Shown: piece after piece, positions 29,070-38,660 of the stretch
Numbering within the stretch: position 1 is the stretch's first letter
How the letters are laid out: the number at the start of each line of letters is the position of its first letter
Virus record (IMG/VR): IMGVR_UViG_3300000970_000006
Length of the DNA: 64,000 nucleotides
Origin: a virus
Direction: 5' to 3' (one strand)
Notes under the pieces: model-generated
Databases searched by the model: none
What the model was told of the DNA's origin: nothing
What the model saw: only the letters and a program-made list of their open reading frames with translations
Position numbers and translations under genes: made by a program

Positions 29070-31752
29070 TTACTGGATTCCTATAACCTTCTCCTGAACC
29101 TTCAGTTTGAGCCGCATATCGCTGACTTCTATCACTTTCAATCGGAGAATATTCTTGAACATCTTTATCATATATATCTGATGACGTATGCTCTTGTTTT
29201 TCATTATGGTCTGTTGTGTGTGGATAAGTTGCGCTATCAGTTCCGTCGGCAGGTTTAGGAGCAGAACCAAGAGTCGCAGCGACGGCAGATTTACTTGACC
29301 ATGTTGCATGTGATACTTCTGGAGACACTTGAATAACAGAGCCTGATTTAAACGACATGGAACCTGATTCATATGAAACGGACGATGCGTTAACATCAAA
29401 TATACCATCTGAGCCAAATGCAACATTAGCGGCCGCAACACCATATGACGCGCCCACAGAGATAAGAAAATTACCAGTAGTATTTATTGCAGCAGAAGCT
29501 TTACCTGTTACCGACGCGCTTTGAACGGCATCTAAATATACATTTTCACTAGCGGCAACATTAAAATTACCATCTCGAGCGGCAACATTAACAGAAGCAG
29601 CTTCGTATTGCGTATCTCCGTCAACACCAATTCTTTGAAATCCTCCTATATTAACAGAGGAGTCGCCTTCAACCGAGTGCATATCTGACCCAGAAATTTG
29701 TGTTACATTGTTACCGCCGACGCGCATATTAACATCACCACCTGCGACAATATTTAAATCGTCGCCCGCATTAATATTAATGTTAGCTGTTGCAGCAATG
29801 CCAATATCTCCAGCAACCGTAATATTACAATGTCCATGCACAATTAAAAAGTCATCACCCATAACAGCTCGATATGAATCAGTCACAACAGTTTGTTTAA
29901 ACTGTCCATCGGCAGTTATTTCATAGCCTGAACCAGATTTATGTCTCTCTTGAATACGTTCTGAACCAGGAGTTGAATCGTATTCTTTAAAATGCCCACC
30001 TTCATATGTTTTAACTCTATTGTGAGGATATTCAGTTGCAGCAGAGTCAGAAGATGGCATTGTTACAGATGGAGCGTCTGGAACTGTTGTCGAATCAACA
30101 TATGCTTGTGTTTGTTCACCTTCTGTTGCACCTAAAGATGCAGCAACTGTTGATGCTTCACCTGATGGAACTCCACCTGATACTGCGCCTCTTAAAGCGT
30201 TATAATAATCAGATGCTTTTGTGCCATATTGGTCCGCGCCATCATTTCCGTTTTTAAAATTCCTAGCTCCACCTGGACCTAGGAGATGCGCAACGGCTAA
30301 ATAACCAGCAACTTCATTAGGTGCTTCTTTTTTGTCAATAATCTTCATACGAGAGATTGATTTATAATTTCTTCTCGTATAATTAAACATTGCCGTGTCT
30401 TGGCAATCATTTTTATTCGCCAACCAGTCATCGCGTTTATTGACGCCGTTTTTACCAGTCCATACGGAATCTGATTTAAGATTTCTGACATTTGTACCAG
30501 GCTTTACATAACCTTCATCAATTAACGCCATTGCTCCAAACTGCCAACGTCCGCAATAACCAATGGTATTAACAGCGGTATAATCATTTCCTGATTCGCG
30601 GTTTCCTAATTCTTGCAAATATTGTGGCCATCTTGAATTATCTAATTGACCGACCGGACCTGTTTTTGCATCATTTGCTGGAAGAGTATCAACAGAAGGT
30701 TCGTCCTGTGCTTTATCGCCAGAGCCATCGTATGGAGTTGCTTGAGGAAGGGAAGTTGCAACTTCTTCATCTATTCGTTCATTTCGATCTCTATCATTTT
30801 CACCAATGTTACCAAAATCGGTTGCTAATTTAGGATATGAGCTGTTATTATTAAATGAGCTACGATATATTCTTCTAGAAGAACCTGAGAAAGATGTACG
30901 TGATATTAAATCGGCTCTTGCGTTATCAAGAAATCCTTTGTCTACATTTAATATACCAGTTGGCGTTGGCGCGGATGTTGGTGAAATATTAAACGCGCGT
31001 TCTTTAATATATGGAGCAACTGCTTCAAATTGTCTAGTAAATGTTTCGCATCGCGCTATTAAAGAATCTAAAACTTCAATAGTTAATTGAACTTCATCAT
31101 CAGTCGCGTATGGTAATAAAATTACTTTAGCTTCTTCGGCGCATCTTGCTAAATCAAATATATCAGACCATAAATTATCATTATCATAATAAGACGCCCC
31201 AGCTTCAAAATATTGAATTATTTTTTGTTTATAAAAAACTACATCTACGCTGTCTTCTTGTAATATGTCTATTACGTTTTGAAAACCTTTGTATAAAACA
31301 TCAATTTGGCTAAATAAAAAATAGTTAATTAAATATACTCTATTTCTAACTACATCAAATTGCTCTGTATCAATATCAACATCATCGTCGTCATCAAAAA
31401 AATCTTCAATCAAATCAGCAAAGTTGAATGATAAACCTAATGGATTAAAATTTTCTGCTAAATTGTGCGCAGGTCCAATACGTCTTTCCATTTCATCAAG
31501 AGTATATGGTCTTTCCCAACCAGGTACTCCTGATACACCGATACCATTGTTTCCCGGTATATTGATACCTCGTGAATCAAGAGCATTAAAACCTTGCGAT
31601 AACAAGCCATCAAGATTAATACCTGCTTTTGACATATAGGCAGAAGCAGGAGAATCTTTTCCTAAAAACGCTTTTTTAATTTTGCCTACCGCTTCACTAG
31701 GAAGCTCTTGTATTAAATGCTTTTTAATATCATGTATGTTAAAAATAGACAT
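29050..31752 (-). CDS. gp5 C-terminal module (beta-helix spike) fused to lysozyme-like domain and unknown N-terminal region
   Basis: RESGNDYTAVNTIGYCGRWQFG...LAVAHLLGPGGA (lysozyme-like fold); YPHNRVKTYEGGHFKEYDSTPGSERIQERHKSG and VxGDxxxx repeats of gp5. Confidence 0.8.
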   Translation of the reverse strand: MSIFNIHDIKKHLIQELPSEAVGKIKKAFLGKDSPASAYMSKAGINLDGLLSQGFNALDSRGINIPGNNGIGVSGVPGWERPYTLDEMERRIGPAHNLAENFNPLGLSFNFADLIEDFFDDDDDVDIDTEQFDVVRNRVYLINYFLFSQIDVLYKGFQNVIDILQEDSVDVVFYKQKIIQYFEAGASYYDNDNLWSDIFDLARCAEEAKVILLPYATDDEVQLTIEVLDSLIARCETFTRQFEAVAPYIKERAFNISPTSAPTPTGILNVDKGFLDNARADLISRTSFSGSSRRIYRSSFNNNSSYPKLATDFGNIGENDRDRNERIDEEVATSLPQATPYDGSGDKAQDEPSVDTLPANDAKTGPVGQLDNSRWPQYLQELGNRESGNDYTAVNTIGYCGRWQFGAMALIDEGYVKPGTNVRNLKSDSVWTGKNGVNKRDDWLANKNDCQDTAMFNYTRRNYKSISRMKIIDKKEAPNEVAGYLAVAHLLGPGGARNFKNGNDGADQYGTKASDYYNALRGAVSGGVPSGEASTVAASLGATEGEQTQAYVDSTTVPDAPSVTMPSSDSAATEYPHNRVKTYEGGHFKEYDSTPGSERIQERHKSGSGYEITADGQFKQTVVTDSYRAVMGDDFLIVHGHCNITVAGDIGIAATANININAGDDLNIVAGGDVNMRVGGNNVTQISGSDMHSVEGDSSVNIGGFQRIGVDGDTQYEAASVNVAARDGNFNVAASENVYLDAVQSASVTGKASAAINTTGNFLISVGASYGVAAANVAFGSDGIFDVNASSVSYESGSMSFKSGSVIQVSPEVSHATWSSKSAVAATLGSAPKPADGTDSATYPHTTDHNEKQEHTSSDIYDKDVQEYSPIESDRSQRYAAQTEGSGEGYRNPVSAKAVA

Positions 31753-31754
31753 AT

Positions 31755-32702
31755 TTATCCTTGAGAATTGCTAGTGCTAGTTACTTCATTATTAGCCGTT
31801 CCTACAGTATTTGCTAAATCTCTAGACGCACCTTTTGGCCATCTGTAGCCTGCGTGTGCATTTGTTGAATATGTAACGATAGAAACTTTGTTTCCCTGAT
31901 TACCTCCTAAATATTTGTCTTTGCCACCACTTCGTCCTACCCAAAATCCTGTGTGTCCAGATGGAGAGTTTCTTTGTGAAGCGCTTCTGTGTTTTACAGC
32001 AACACATCCATACAAAGGACTATCAAGCCTTTCCATAGAACTTGCGGTTAATGCTGATTTGGCCATTCCGGTCATACCAGACACATTTTGGCCGGCCTCT
32101 TTTAAACACCATCGTGTAAATGCTGCACACCAAGGATGTTGACTATCATCTGTATAAAAACCTAAATCGCGGCCGTATTTCAGCACTTCAGGGTTGTGAG
32201 AAGGTCCTTTTGTTTCGGTAACGCCAAGTTCTCCTCGAGCAATTTGAAGCCATTGTGGACCGTCACCTGTTGGATTAATAGTACCAGGACCACCTGCAGA
32301 CGATGTATCATTTAGCGTATTATCAGAACCCATTGGCCCACCTGAACCAGGCCTAAATAAATTAGCCGCACCGCCGAAAAATTCACTTTGGTTTATCGTA
32401 CCGAGCATAAATGGTGTTTGGCAATCAGGCCAATCACCCCAAAATCCTAGTACAACGGTACCAATCATTAAACTAATTGAATTACCTACGCCTGATACAC
32501 CTGCAGAATCTAAAGGCATAATTGGAAATGCCCAAGGAAGTTCTTCAGTAGGAATTAATGCTTCGTCAAATATATGATAACCGTGTACCCGAACGCGGCA
32601 TCGACCTAATTGTAAAGGGTCCGAACGATTTTCTACAACTCCGATAAAATATTTCATTCCATCAGAGCCAACAAAATGTTGATTTATAAATCTTTTTCCC
32701 AA
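31755..32702 (-). CDS. 5: gp5 N-terminal OB-fold fused to TIGR02594/NlpC-P60-like cysteine peptidase
   Basis: GVVENRSDPLQLGRCRVRVHG, LPWA, VLGFW; WLQIARGELG, PWCAAF, GHTGF, LGGNQ. Confidence 0.85.
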   Translation of the reverse strand: MGKRFINQHFVGSDGMKYFIGVVENRSDPLQLGRCRVRVHGYHIFDEALIPTEELPWAFPIMPLDSAGVSGVGNSISLMIGTVVLGFWGDWPDCQTPFMLGTINQSEFFGGAANLFRPGSGGPMGSDNTLNDTSSAGGPGTINPTGDGPQWLQIARGELGVTETKGPSHNPEVLKYGRDLGFYTDDSQHPWCAAFTRWCLKEAGQNVSGMTGMAKSALTASSMERLDSPLYGCVAVKHRSASQRNSPSGHTGFWVGRSGGKDKYLGGNQGNKVSIVTYSTNAHAGYRWPKGASRDLANTVGTANNEVTSTSNSQG

Positions 32703-32792
32703 GATATACGCCTGTTAAATTATGCATGATTCATGATATATACAATAATCAAAAGATATATAGATTAGCAGATTATATAAAAATGGAACGAT

Positions 32793-33284
32793 ATGTCGCA
32801 CTCTTATAAAAGTTTAATGGAAAGTACTAAGTTAGATTTTTTTAACGAATTACGCAAAAAATTTGCTGAGTATTATGACGAATTATTGACGAATATGGCT
32901 GAGGATGTAGGCGGCATTGAAGCAGTTCGTAATTTTATTCAGAAAAAAGAACTCAATTTAATGAGCCCAACTAATATCATTATTAAATCAGTAATGGCTA
33001 TGGGCAAAGAAAATATGTATGACGTTTTTGATAAAGTCGACGATACTTATATTGCTCATGCTATTAGTCATATGGCAGGATATAAAGAATTAGCTTGTAC
33101 ATTTGAACGAGATAGTCTTTATATTGATATGCTCGAAGCTTTACCTTATAAGAGTATGTTAGACCACACTTTGAATGATTGCGTTCGTATAGTTGAAGAA
33201 AATTATATGACAAAAATTCAAAAGATAGATTTTATTGAATATTCAATGGTACTTGACAAAATGGAATATGGAAAATCAATTTGA
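32793..33284 (+). CDS. Hypothetical, possible internal head protein
   Basis: N-terminus MSHSYKSLMES; two GATATATA motifs upstream. Confidence 0.6.
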   Translation: MSHSYKSLMESTKLDFFNELRKKFAEYYDELLTNMAEDVGGIEAVRNFIQKKELNLMSPTNIIIKSVMAMGKENMYDVFDKVDDTYIAHAISHMAGYKELACTFERDSLYIDMLEALPYKSMLDHTLNDCVRIVEENYMTKIQKIDFIEYSMVLDKMEYGKSI

Positions 33285-33432
33285 TGAAATTGATATTGAG
33301 TATGAAGAACGTCCAGGCAATATGGATTTTGATAAACCGCATCAACGACTTTCTATATGTGCATCTGCTACAGCAATAGCTGGAATAATAAATTACATAT
33401 CGTCAGCCGGTATAGACATAGTAAAAGGATAA
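33268..33432 (+). CDS. Hypothetical small protein
   Basis: GGA RBS before ATG 33268. Confidence 0.45.
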   Translation: MENQFDEIDIEYEERPGNMDFDKPHQRLSICASATAIAGIINYISSAGIDIVKG

Positions 33433-33436
33433 CATA

Positions 33437-33715
33437 ATGTCATTTAAAAAAAATTTAATAGAATCTATTAATGAGGATAATGTAGAATTTGATTCTGGTC
33501 GCCATACTCATAAAATGGCAGGAGACCTAGAAGATTTTTCTGATGAAATTGAAAATATAGGAAGTCAATTAGAACGTTGGATAAAAAGTGCACCTTTTAA
33601 AAAAGTTTATATAAAAGGTGCTGAAAAAAGACAAATAAATATCTTAAAGCGTGCATTAAAAGAATTAAATGTTGCTAATAAAAGTATATTATCAGTTTAC
33701 AATGATTTAATGTAA
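33437..33715 (+). CDS. Hypothetical, possible internal head protein
   Basis: N-terminus MSFKKNLIES; AAAGGA RBS. Confidence 0.6.
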   Translation: MSFKKNLIESINEDNVEFDSGRHTHKMAGDLEDFSDEIENIGSQLERWIKSAPFKKVYIKGAEKRQINILKRALKELNVANKSILSVYNDLM

Positions 33716-33719
33716 AATT

Positions 33720-33743
33720 AAAGAGGCAAAATGCCTCTTTTTT
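33720..33743. terminator. Bidirectional terminator
   Basis: aaagaggca-aaa-tgcctctttttt between convergent genes. Confidence 0.75.
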
Positions 33744-34314
33744 AATTGTGAACAGGCTCTTCATAATCTGTAAGCAAGCCGTCCATCATAAGACGAAATC
33801 CATCACGCATATATGTTATTCCGTGTAAAAATTTAGGATTACGATCCATATAAGTAAAATGTGATTTTTCGTAGTGATTATAAGTATTATCATCTTGTGG
33901 AACTACATCAGCCCATTCAAAATTCCATTGACCATCATCTTGTTGAGTAGTTCGTTTTAAGCAATACGTTTGGTCATTAACACAACCATTTAAAAGTATT
34001 ATTGAATCAGCTTTTGGGTCGTCGCGCGGCATCGCAATATTATTATTTTCAAATTCCTCTCTCGTATACGTAGATGTATACGCTTCTTGAATGCTAATAT
34101 AAGCATCATAATCTTTTTCGATTAATGTAAAAGCTGAAATCAATTTACCAACTTTAATATATTGGTCATCATCGTGCCGTAAATCAATATAACTAACAGG
34201 TACATTATTTTTAAAAAATATAATACGCGGCTGAAGTACATCATCAACTTTAGTTGCGCTTACCGCGTATTTTGCTGCAGTGTTAAATAATGTTTCTGTT
34301 GTAGTGATTGTCAT
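33742..34314 (-). CDS. Hypothetical early protein
   Basis: GGAG RBS; promoter at 34340-34368. Confidence 0.7.
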   Translation of the reverse strand: MTITTTETLFNTAAKYAVSATKVDDVLQPRIIFFKNNVPVSYIDLRHDDDQYIKVGKLISAFTLIEKDYDAYISIQEAYTSTYTREEFENNNIAMPRDDPKADSIILLNGCVNDQTYCLKRTTQQDDGQWNFEWADVVPQDDNTYNHYEKSHFTYMDRNPKFLHGITYMRDGFRLMMDGLLTDYEEPVHN

Positions 34315-34339
34315 AATAATTCTCCAAATAGTTATTAAT

Positions 34340-34368
34340 ATATTACCACAACAAAATTTCTAATAAAA
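34340..34368 (-). promoter_or_regulatory. Extended -10 sigma70-type promoter
   Basis: TTTTAT-17 bp-TAATAT with TGTGG upstream of -10. Confidence 0.5.
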
Positions 34369-34373
34369 CACTT

Positions 34374-34838
34374 TTAACTCTTACTTGAATGCTGTCCTGT
34401 TTTTTCAAAATGATTCAAATCATTTTTGTATATGCTCATTACAGATTTAACATATTCGTCTGGATTATCTGAAAACATTGGCGCAACGTGTTTAACAAAT
34501 CGTTCCGGTTTAATCATATAATCTCTCCAACCTATAAAACGATTATCACGATCTATGAAATGCCAATAACATGTAATCCAACTACGTAGAGAATCGCAAC
34601 GCGCAAATTCTTTCCCTTCGGCATACGCGCGTCTAGCAACCAAACCAACTGTTTTTTCATTAAACTCAATATTTGAAAAATTAAAATTATCAATAGCTAA
34701 TTGGGAATTTCCCCAGTCAGATTCATGGGCCCATTGTGCTAATGTTAACGCTCGCAATTGTGGAGGAACTGGTGCGCCTTTCCAATATTCTTTGCTAAGA
34801 TTATCCCAATTTTTAGTGCGTTTTGCCATAATACACAT
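34374..34838 (-). CDS. Glucosaminidase (FlgJ/GH73-like) peptidoglycan hydrolase
   Basis: LAQWAHESDWGNSQLAIDNFNF...FARCDSLRSWITCY. Confidence 0.7.
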   Translation of the reverse strand: MCIMAKRTKNWDNLSKEYWKGAPVPPQLRALTLAQWAHESDWGNSQLAIDNFNFSNIEFNEKTVGLVARRAYAEGKEFARCDSLRSWITCYWHFIDRDNRFIGWRDYMIKPERFVKHVAPMFSDNPDEYVKSVMSIYKNDLNHFEKTGQHSSKS

Positions 34839-34888
34839 CCTTTAAATTATTGATTTTTCTTATAAACTAAATCTAACCAATTTAAAAG

Positions 34889-36211
34889 TTATGTGAATAT
34901 TTCAGAGGCATCTACTCCACGAGAGTCTTTCATCATTTGGATAGTCATTGTAAACGATTCACGCTGATAACTTCTTCGAACATGTGTTACAAGATATTCA
35001 CCTGAGTATGCAGGGTCAGGACCCGGATTTGTATTACTTGCACGATTTTCAGGATTTGGCATATCAAAATCAATAATCATTCCTGCTTCTAAACCAATAT
35101 GTCCTGGTAAAGTGCCTTTAATAACGTGATTTTCCATTTGTTGCATTTGACTTATTTTGGGAGGCATCCATTCGTCAATTTTACTATTACCTTCCGGTTC
35201 AGCATTAAACAATCCTTTATGTTTAATTCCGACACGTAAATGAGCTTCTGGAAAAAAGCTTTGCTGCCCACTAAAACTTCCGTTAAGAGGCTTAGCATTA
35301 ATACCATTAATTCCCTTTAAATGCTGGTGGTCGTAAAATGATTGATTATAATCAAATGTATAATCGTCAAAACGGCGTTCAATAATATCAATAACTTTTA
35401 CTGTATTTCCGTACATTCCTTCTTTGGCGTTATCCAATACATTAAAAGATTTAACCTTTTCCCATTGCATGAATGACATAACATCGGTACGAGTTCTTTC
35501 ATCGTATTGTGTCGTGCCAGATTGTAAAGGTCTCATAGGGTCATATATTATTCGACCATATACTTTATTTTCATCTGAATTATACAAGTTTTCTAGTGGT
35601 ACCCAGCGAAAACCTGACATAGTTTCATAGAATACAAAATTACCACCTTTATATTGCGTTTCGTTGGACCTAGCTCGACTGGCCATCCAATTAATCGCGT
35701 GTAAGGGTGACCATGTTGGTATAACTATACATTGGTCTTCTTCTGTATCAGCAATAATAGCTGGTTTATTTGAATTTAAATAATTAACATCGCCTAGTAT
35801 ATCGCGTACATTTGTTTCTAGTTTTGAAAGATAATAAGATTTAGATACGCGAACAAAAGAATCCGCAAACATTTCTTCTGAACATAAATGCATCGTGTAT
35901 TTAATGGTATTATGATTTATAGAAACTCTATCTGTTATAGAATAGCATCTCAATCTATGCTCTTCTGTATTAACACCATCTGTTATTTTTATAGTGACAA
36001 TTTCATCGCCCACTATTGGTAAATTAGCAGGCAAATTTTTTGTATCAACCATAGTGATACGACCAGATATTATTGAAAAAATACTCTCAAATATATCTAT
36101 TTGGACATATTGGTCTGTAATATCTTCGCCATTAATTGTTAATTCTATAACATCAAAAGCACCTGGAAATTGTCGAACAACATCGTCATACGTTTTGTTA
36201 TTGACTATCAT
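34889..36211 (-). CDS. gp27-like baseplate hub / tail protein
   Basis: QIDIFESIFS, LPIVGDEIV, FVFYETMSGFRW, YSGEYLVTHVR. Confidence 0.75.
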   Translation of the reverse strand: MIVNNKTYDDVVRQFPGAFDVIELTINGEDITDQYVQIDIFESIFSIISGRITMVDTKNLPANLPIVGDEIVTIKITDGVNTEEHRLRCYSITDRVSINHNTIKYTMHLCSEEMFADSFVRVSKSYYLSKLETNVRDILGDVNYLNSNKPAIIADTEEDQCIVIPTWSPLHAINWMASRARSNETQYKGGNFVFYETMSGFRWVPLENLYNSDENKVYGRIIYDPMRPLQSGTTQYDERTRTDVMSFMQWEKVKSFNVLDNAKEGMYGNTVKVIDIIERRFDDYTFDYNQSFYDHQHLKGINGINAKPLNGSFSGQQSFFPEAHLRVGIKHKGLFNAEPEGNSKIDEWMPPKISQMQQMENHVIKGTLPGHIGLEAGMIIDFDMPNPENRASNTNPGPDPAYSGEYLVTHVRRSYQRESFTMTIQMMKDSRGVDASEIFT

Positions 36212-36768
36212 ACAGAACTTTCCATTTGCGTTTCAAAATCTTCAATAAATGCTCCTAAATTATTAGTAGAAACATATTGCATATTTCTTTTATCTAGGTT
36301 TATTATTCTTTCATCTTCATAATATGTAATAGGAGTTCCTTGATTAGAATAAAATCCTAATTGAAATACTGCTTCAGATGTTTGGTCAATATGCCAATCA
36401 ACTGTTTTTCCGTCAACTGTAAATTCTCCTGGAGAAGAAACAGGAATACGTTTTCCATCTGCGTCAATTAAATATTTTACTTCATAAGCGTTACTACCGT
36501 GAACGCGTAATATATAATCATTTAATTCTTTGTTCGATAATGGCCAATCTGTTACATTGGATATATTATTAACTAAAGCGATAATCCACCATAAACTTGC
36601 GTCTTGATATACTCTATGAGCAAATTCATCTATTCGTTCACCATCACGAACTGTCTCTTGTTGCATAATACTTTGGTCGAATACAGTTCGTTTTTTAATA
36701 GACCTCACAATATCTGTGACAAGTCGTTCATTATAAATTATCTGCGGGAACCGAAAAAAATAATTCAT
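36208..36768 (-). CDS. 53: gp53 baseplate wedge subunit (LysM-like)
   Basis: YFFRFPQI, VRDGERIDEFAHRVYQDASLWWIIALVNNI, DWPLS. Confidence 0.88.
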   Translation of the reverse strand: MNYFFRFPQIIYNERLVTDIVRSIKKRTVFDQSIMQQETVRDGERIDEFAHRVYQDASLWWIIALVNNISNVTDWPLSNKELNDYILRVHGSNAYEVKYLIDADGKRIPVSSPGEFTVDGKTVDWHIDQTSEAVFQLGFYSNQGTPITYYEDERIINLDKRNMQYVSTNNLGAFIEDFETQMESSV

Positions 36769-36905
36769 TATTTTGCAAGACCTTTAAATTTTTTAGGTAT
36801 GTACGGAGCATATATTATTGCAACATCACCATCTTCATAAAAATATTTATAAGCGGTAGTATCATTTTCTTCGATATAAAATTTTTCATTTTTTAATTCG
36901 CTCAT
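36768..36905 (-). CDS. Small 45-aa hypothetical protein (missed by ORF track)
   Basis: Fills gap between gp48 and gp53 with TAATG coupling. Confidence 0.45.
   Translation of the reverse strand: MSELKNEKFYIEENDTTAYKYFYEDGDVAIIYAPYIPKKFKGLAK
36844..36851 (-). promoter_or_regulatory. T4-type late promoter TATAAATA
   Basis: Exact motif 76 nt upstream of gp53 but inside small ORF. Confidence 0.35.
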
Positions 36906-36907
36906 AT

Positions 36908-37735
36908 TTATTTGCCTTCTTCAATATCATCTTTTGTAAGAGGCGTTAATTCCATAAAGTTTAAACCGAAATCAACATGCATTGGTTCTCCGTTCGGACC
37001 TTGTTTCCATCCACCTGCAGCCATCGGATTATAACTAATAGCGGTTAACACACAGTCATTAAACCTTCTTAATTTAGCATTTACAAACTCAATTCTAAAA
37101 GTTTCGGGTAATAACCACACACCAGATGCGGCACCGTCTTTAAATTCAGGATGCATATGAAAAGCCATCGATCTTTCAAAGCTTTGAAATTGATTAAACT
37201 CTTGTTCATTTTTAAATGACAATTGCCACGATAATGGAAGTGTTCTAAATGCAGGACCGTTGTAAAATAATTCTTTGTGCGGATTAGGAGCAAATCCTGA
37301 TTGTTGCAAAGACCTACGAAAAGAAGTCGACCTTGCAATACTGGCAACTATATTTTGACCATTTGCACTAGCATCAACTTGCTCATTATTGTCAGTAATT
37401 CCTAATTGACCAAATATTTGTGAAATACCTCTTTCGGTAAATCCTACTTCGTCTTGAGACCAATCAGCTCCATACTCTAAAGATAAAGCATCAGGCATTG
37501 GTAAAGCAGCAACCATGTTGATACTTTTACCAGCTGCGGGAGGTGTTCTTCTAGATGTTCGTTGTGTAGTATTTCCATTTGTAATATTTCGACTGTTTCT
37601 TGCAGATGAGCTTGGCGCGCTATTACTACTTTCTGCGTATATTAATACATATGACTGATTACCATTTAAGGTAACAGACTCAGGAGAATGTTTTCCATTT
37701 GTAAGATTATCAAAGCCAAATTCGAAAATATTCAT
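36908..37735 (-). CDS. 48: gp48 baseplate tail-tube cap
   Basis: LPMPDAL, NPHKELFYNGPAFR, FHMHP, PETFRIEF, LNFMELTPLTK. Confidence 0.85.
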   Translation of the reverse strand: MNIFEFGFDNLTNGKHSPESVTLNGNQSYVLIYAESSNSAPSSSARNSRNITNGNTTQRTSRRTPPAAGKSINMVAALPMPDALSLEYGADWSQDEVGFTERGISQIFGQLGITDNNEQVDASANGQNIVASIARSTSFRRSLQQSGFAPNPHKELFYNGPAFRTLPLSWQLSFKNEQEFNQFQSFERSMAFHMHPEFKDGAASGVWLLPETFRIEFVNAKLRRFNDCVLTAISYNPMAAGGWKQGPNGEPMHVDFGLNFMELTPLTKDDIEEGK

Positions 37736-37758
37736 TATTCGTTCCGTTAATTTTATTC

Positions 37759-37773
37759 TACAATGTATATATC
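37759..37773 (-). promoter_or_regulatory. Candidate late promoter GATATATACATTGTA upstream of gp48
   Basis: Identical to 11132-11146. Confidence 0.55.
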
Positions 37774-37775
37774 AC

Positions 37776-38312
37776 ATGAGAACACAGTACAAAAGACGCT
37801 ACGAATTAAGAAATCCATTAAAATATAAAGGCAATATAGACAGAATAACTTGTCGTTCATCCTGGGAATATGCCGTATGTCGATATTTAGATACAAATAA
37901 CAATATTATTTGGTGGTCATCAGAGCAAACTATTGTACCATATAATTGTGCTACTGACGGAAGAAGACATCGATATTTTGTAGATTTCACATTTCAAATG
38001 AAATCAGGCAAAACTTTAATGATTGAAGTAAAGCCTTATAATCAGACCCAACCTCCTAAAAAACCATCTGGTAAAATAATGACCAAAACATATGAGTCGC
38101 AATTATTTTCTTATTACAAAAATATTAGTAAGTGGGAAGCCGCTACTGAATTTGCAAAAAGTAAAGGATGGGAATTTAAAATATGGACAGAACACGAAAT
38201 AGCTAAGTTGGGAATTCCGTTAAAGGGGATTCACAAAAGAAATCTTCACCGTAAACAGCGGAGCAAAGTTCGTGCATATAAAAAGAAACGGAAACTGTTA
38301 AAGGGTAACTAA
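37776..38312 (+). CDS. 4: gp4 head completion nuclease (TnsA-like)
   Basis: NPLKYKGNIDRITCRSSWE, WWSSE, RHRYFVDF, IEVKP, KWEAA. Confidence 0.92.
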   Translation: MRTQYKRRYELRNPLKYKGNIDRITCRSSWEYAVCRYLDTNNNIIWWSSEQTIVPYNCATDGRRHRYFVDFTFQMKSGKTLMIEVKPYNQTQPPKKPSGKIMTKTYESQLFSYYKNISKWEAATEFAKSKGWEFKIWTEHEIAKLGIPLKGIHKRNLHRKQRSKVRAYKKKRKLLKGN

Positions 38313-38406
38313 TATTATGCTCTGCAAATTTAGATGATAATTCTTCTATTAAATCATCAATGTTTTCATATTCTTTATTATGAATTTTTAATTCAATAGG
38401 GTCCAT
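38203..38406 (-). CDS. Hypothetical protein
   Basis: Likely start 38406; overlaps 3' end of gp4 on opposite strand. Confidence 0.4.
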   Translation of the reverse strand: MDPIELKIHNKEYENIDDLIEELSSKFAEHNISYPLTVSVSFYMHELCSAVYGEDFFCESPLTEFPT

Positions 38407-38426
38407 TATTTCTTCATAAACATCAA

Positions 38427-38651
38427 TCACAAAAATTTTCCTGTTTTAACCGCGTATATCTTATACAATGATACCGCTAAAAATATTGTGTCAAGAGCAC
38501 TAACATTTTTGTTTTCGATATTTACGCCAAGGTCATATAAAAGTTCTGTTGAGTCTTTATAATTATCAAATTTGCTTATATGAAAATTCATAATATCAGA
38601 AACATTATCTGGAATGCCATCTATAATTTCTTGTAATTCTGTATCAATCAT
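38427..38651 (-). CDS. Hypothetical protein
   Basis: 74-aa ORF in minus-strand operon. Confidence 0.55.
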   Translation of the reverse strand: MIDTELQEIIDGIPDNVSDIMNFHISKFDNYKDSTELLYDLGVNIENKNVSALDTIFLAVSLYKIYAVKTGKFL

Positions 38652-38660
38652 TATATTATC

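Noticed and set aside
37776-38312. TnsA-like transposase / mobile element
   Set aside because: Motifs and context match T4 gp4 head-completion nuclease
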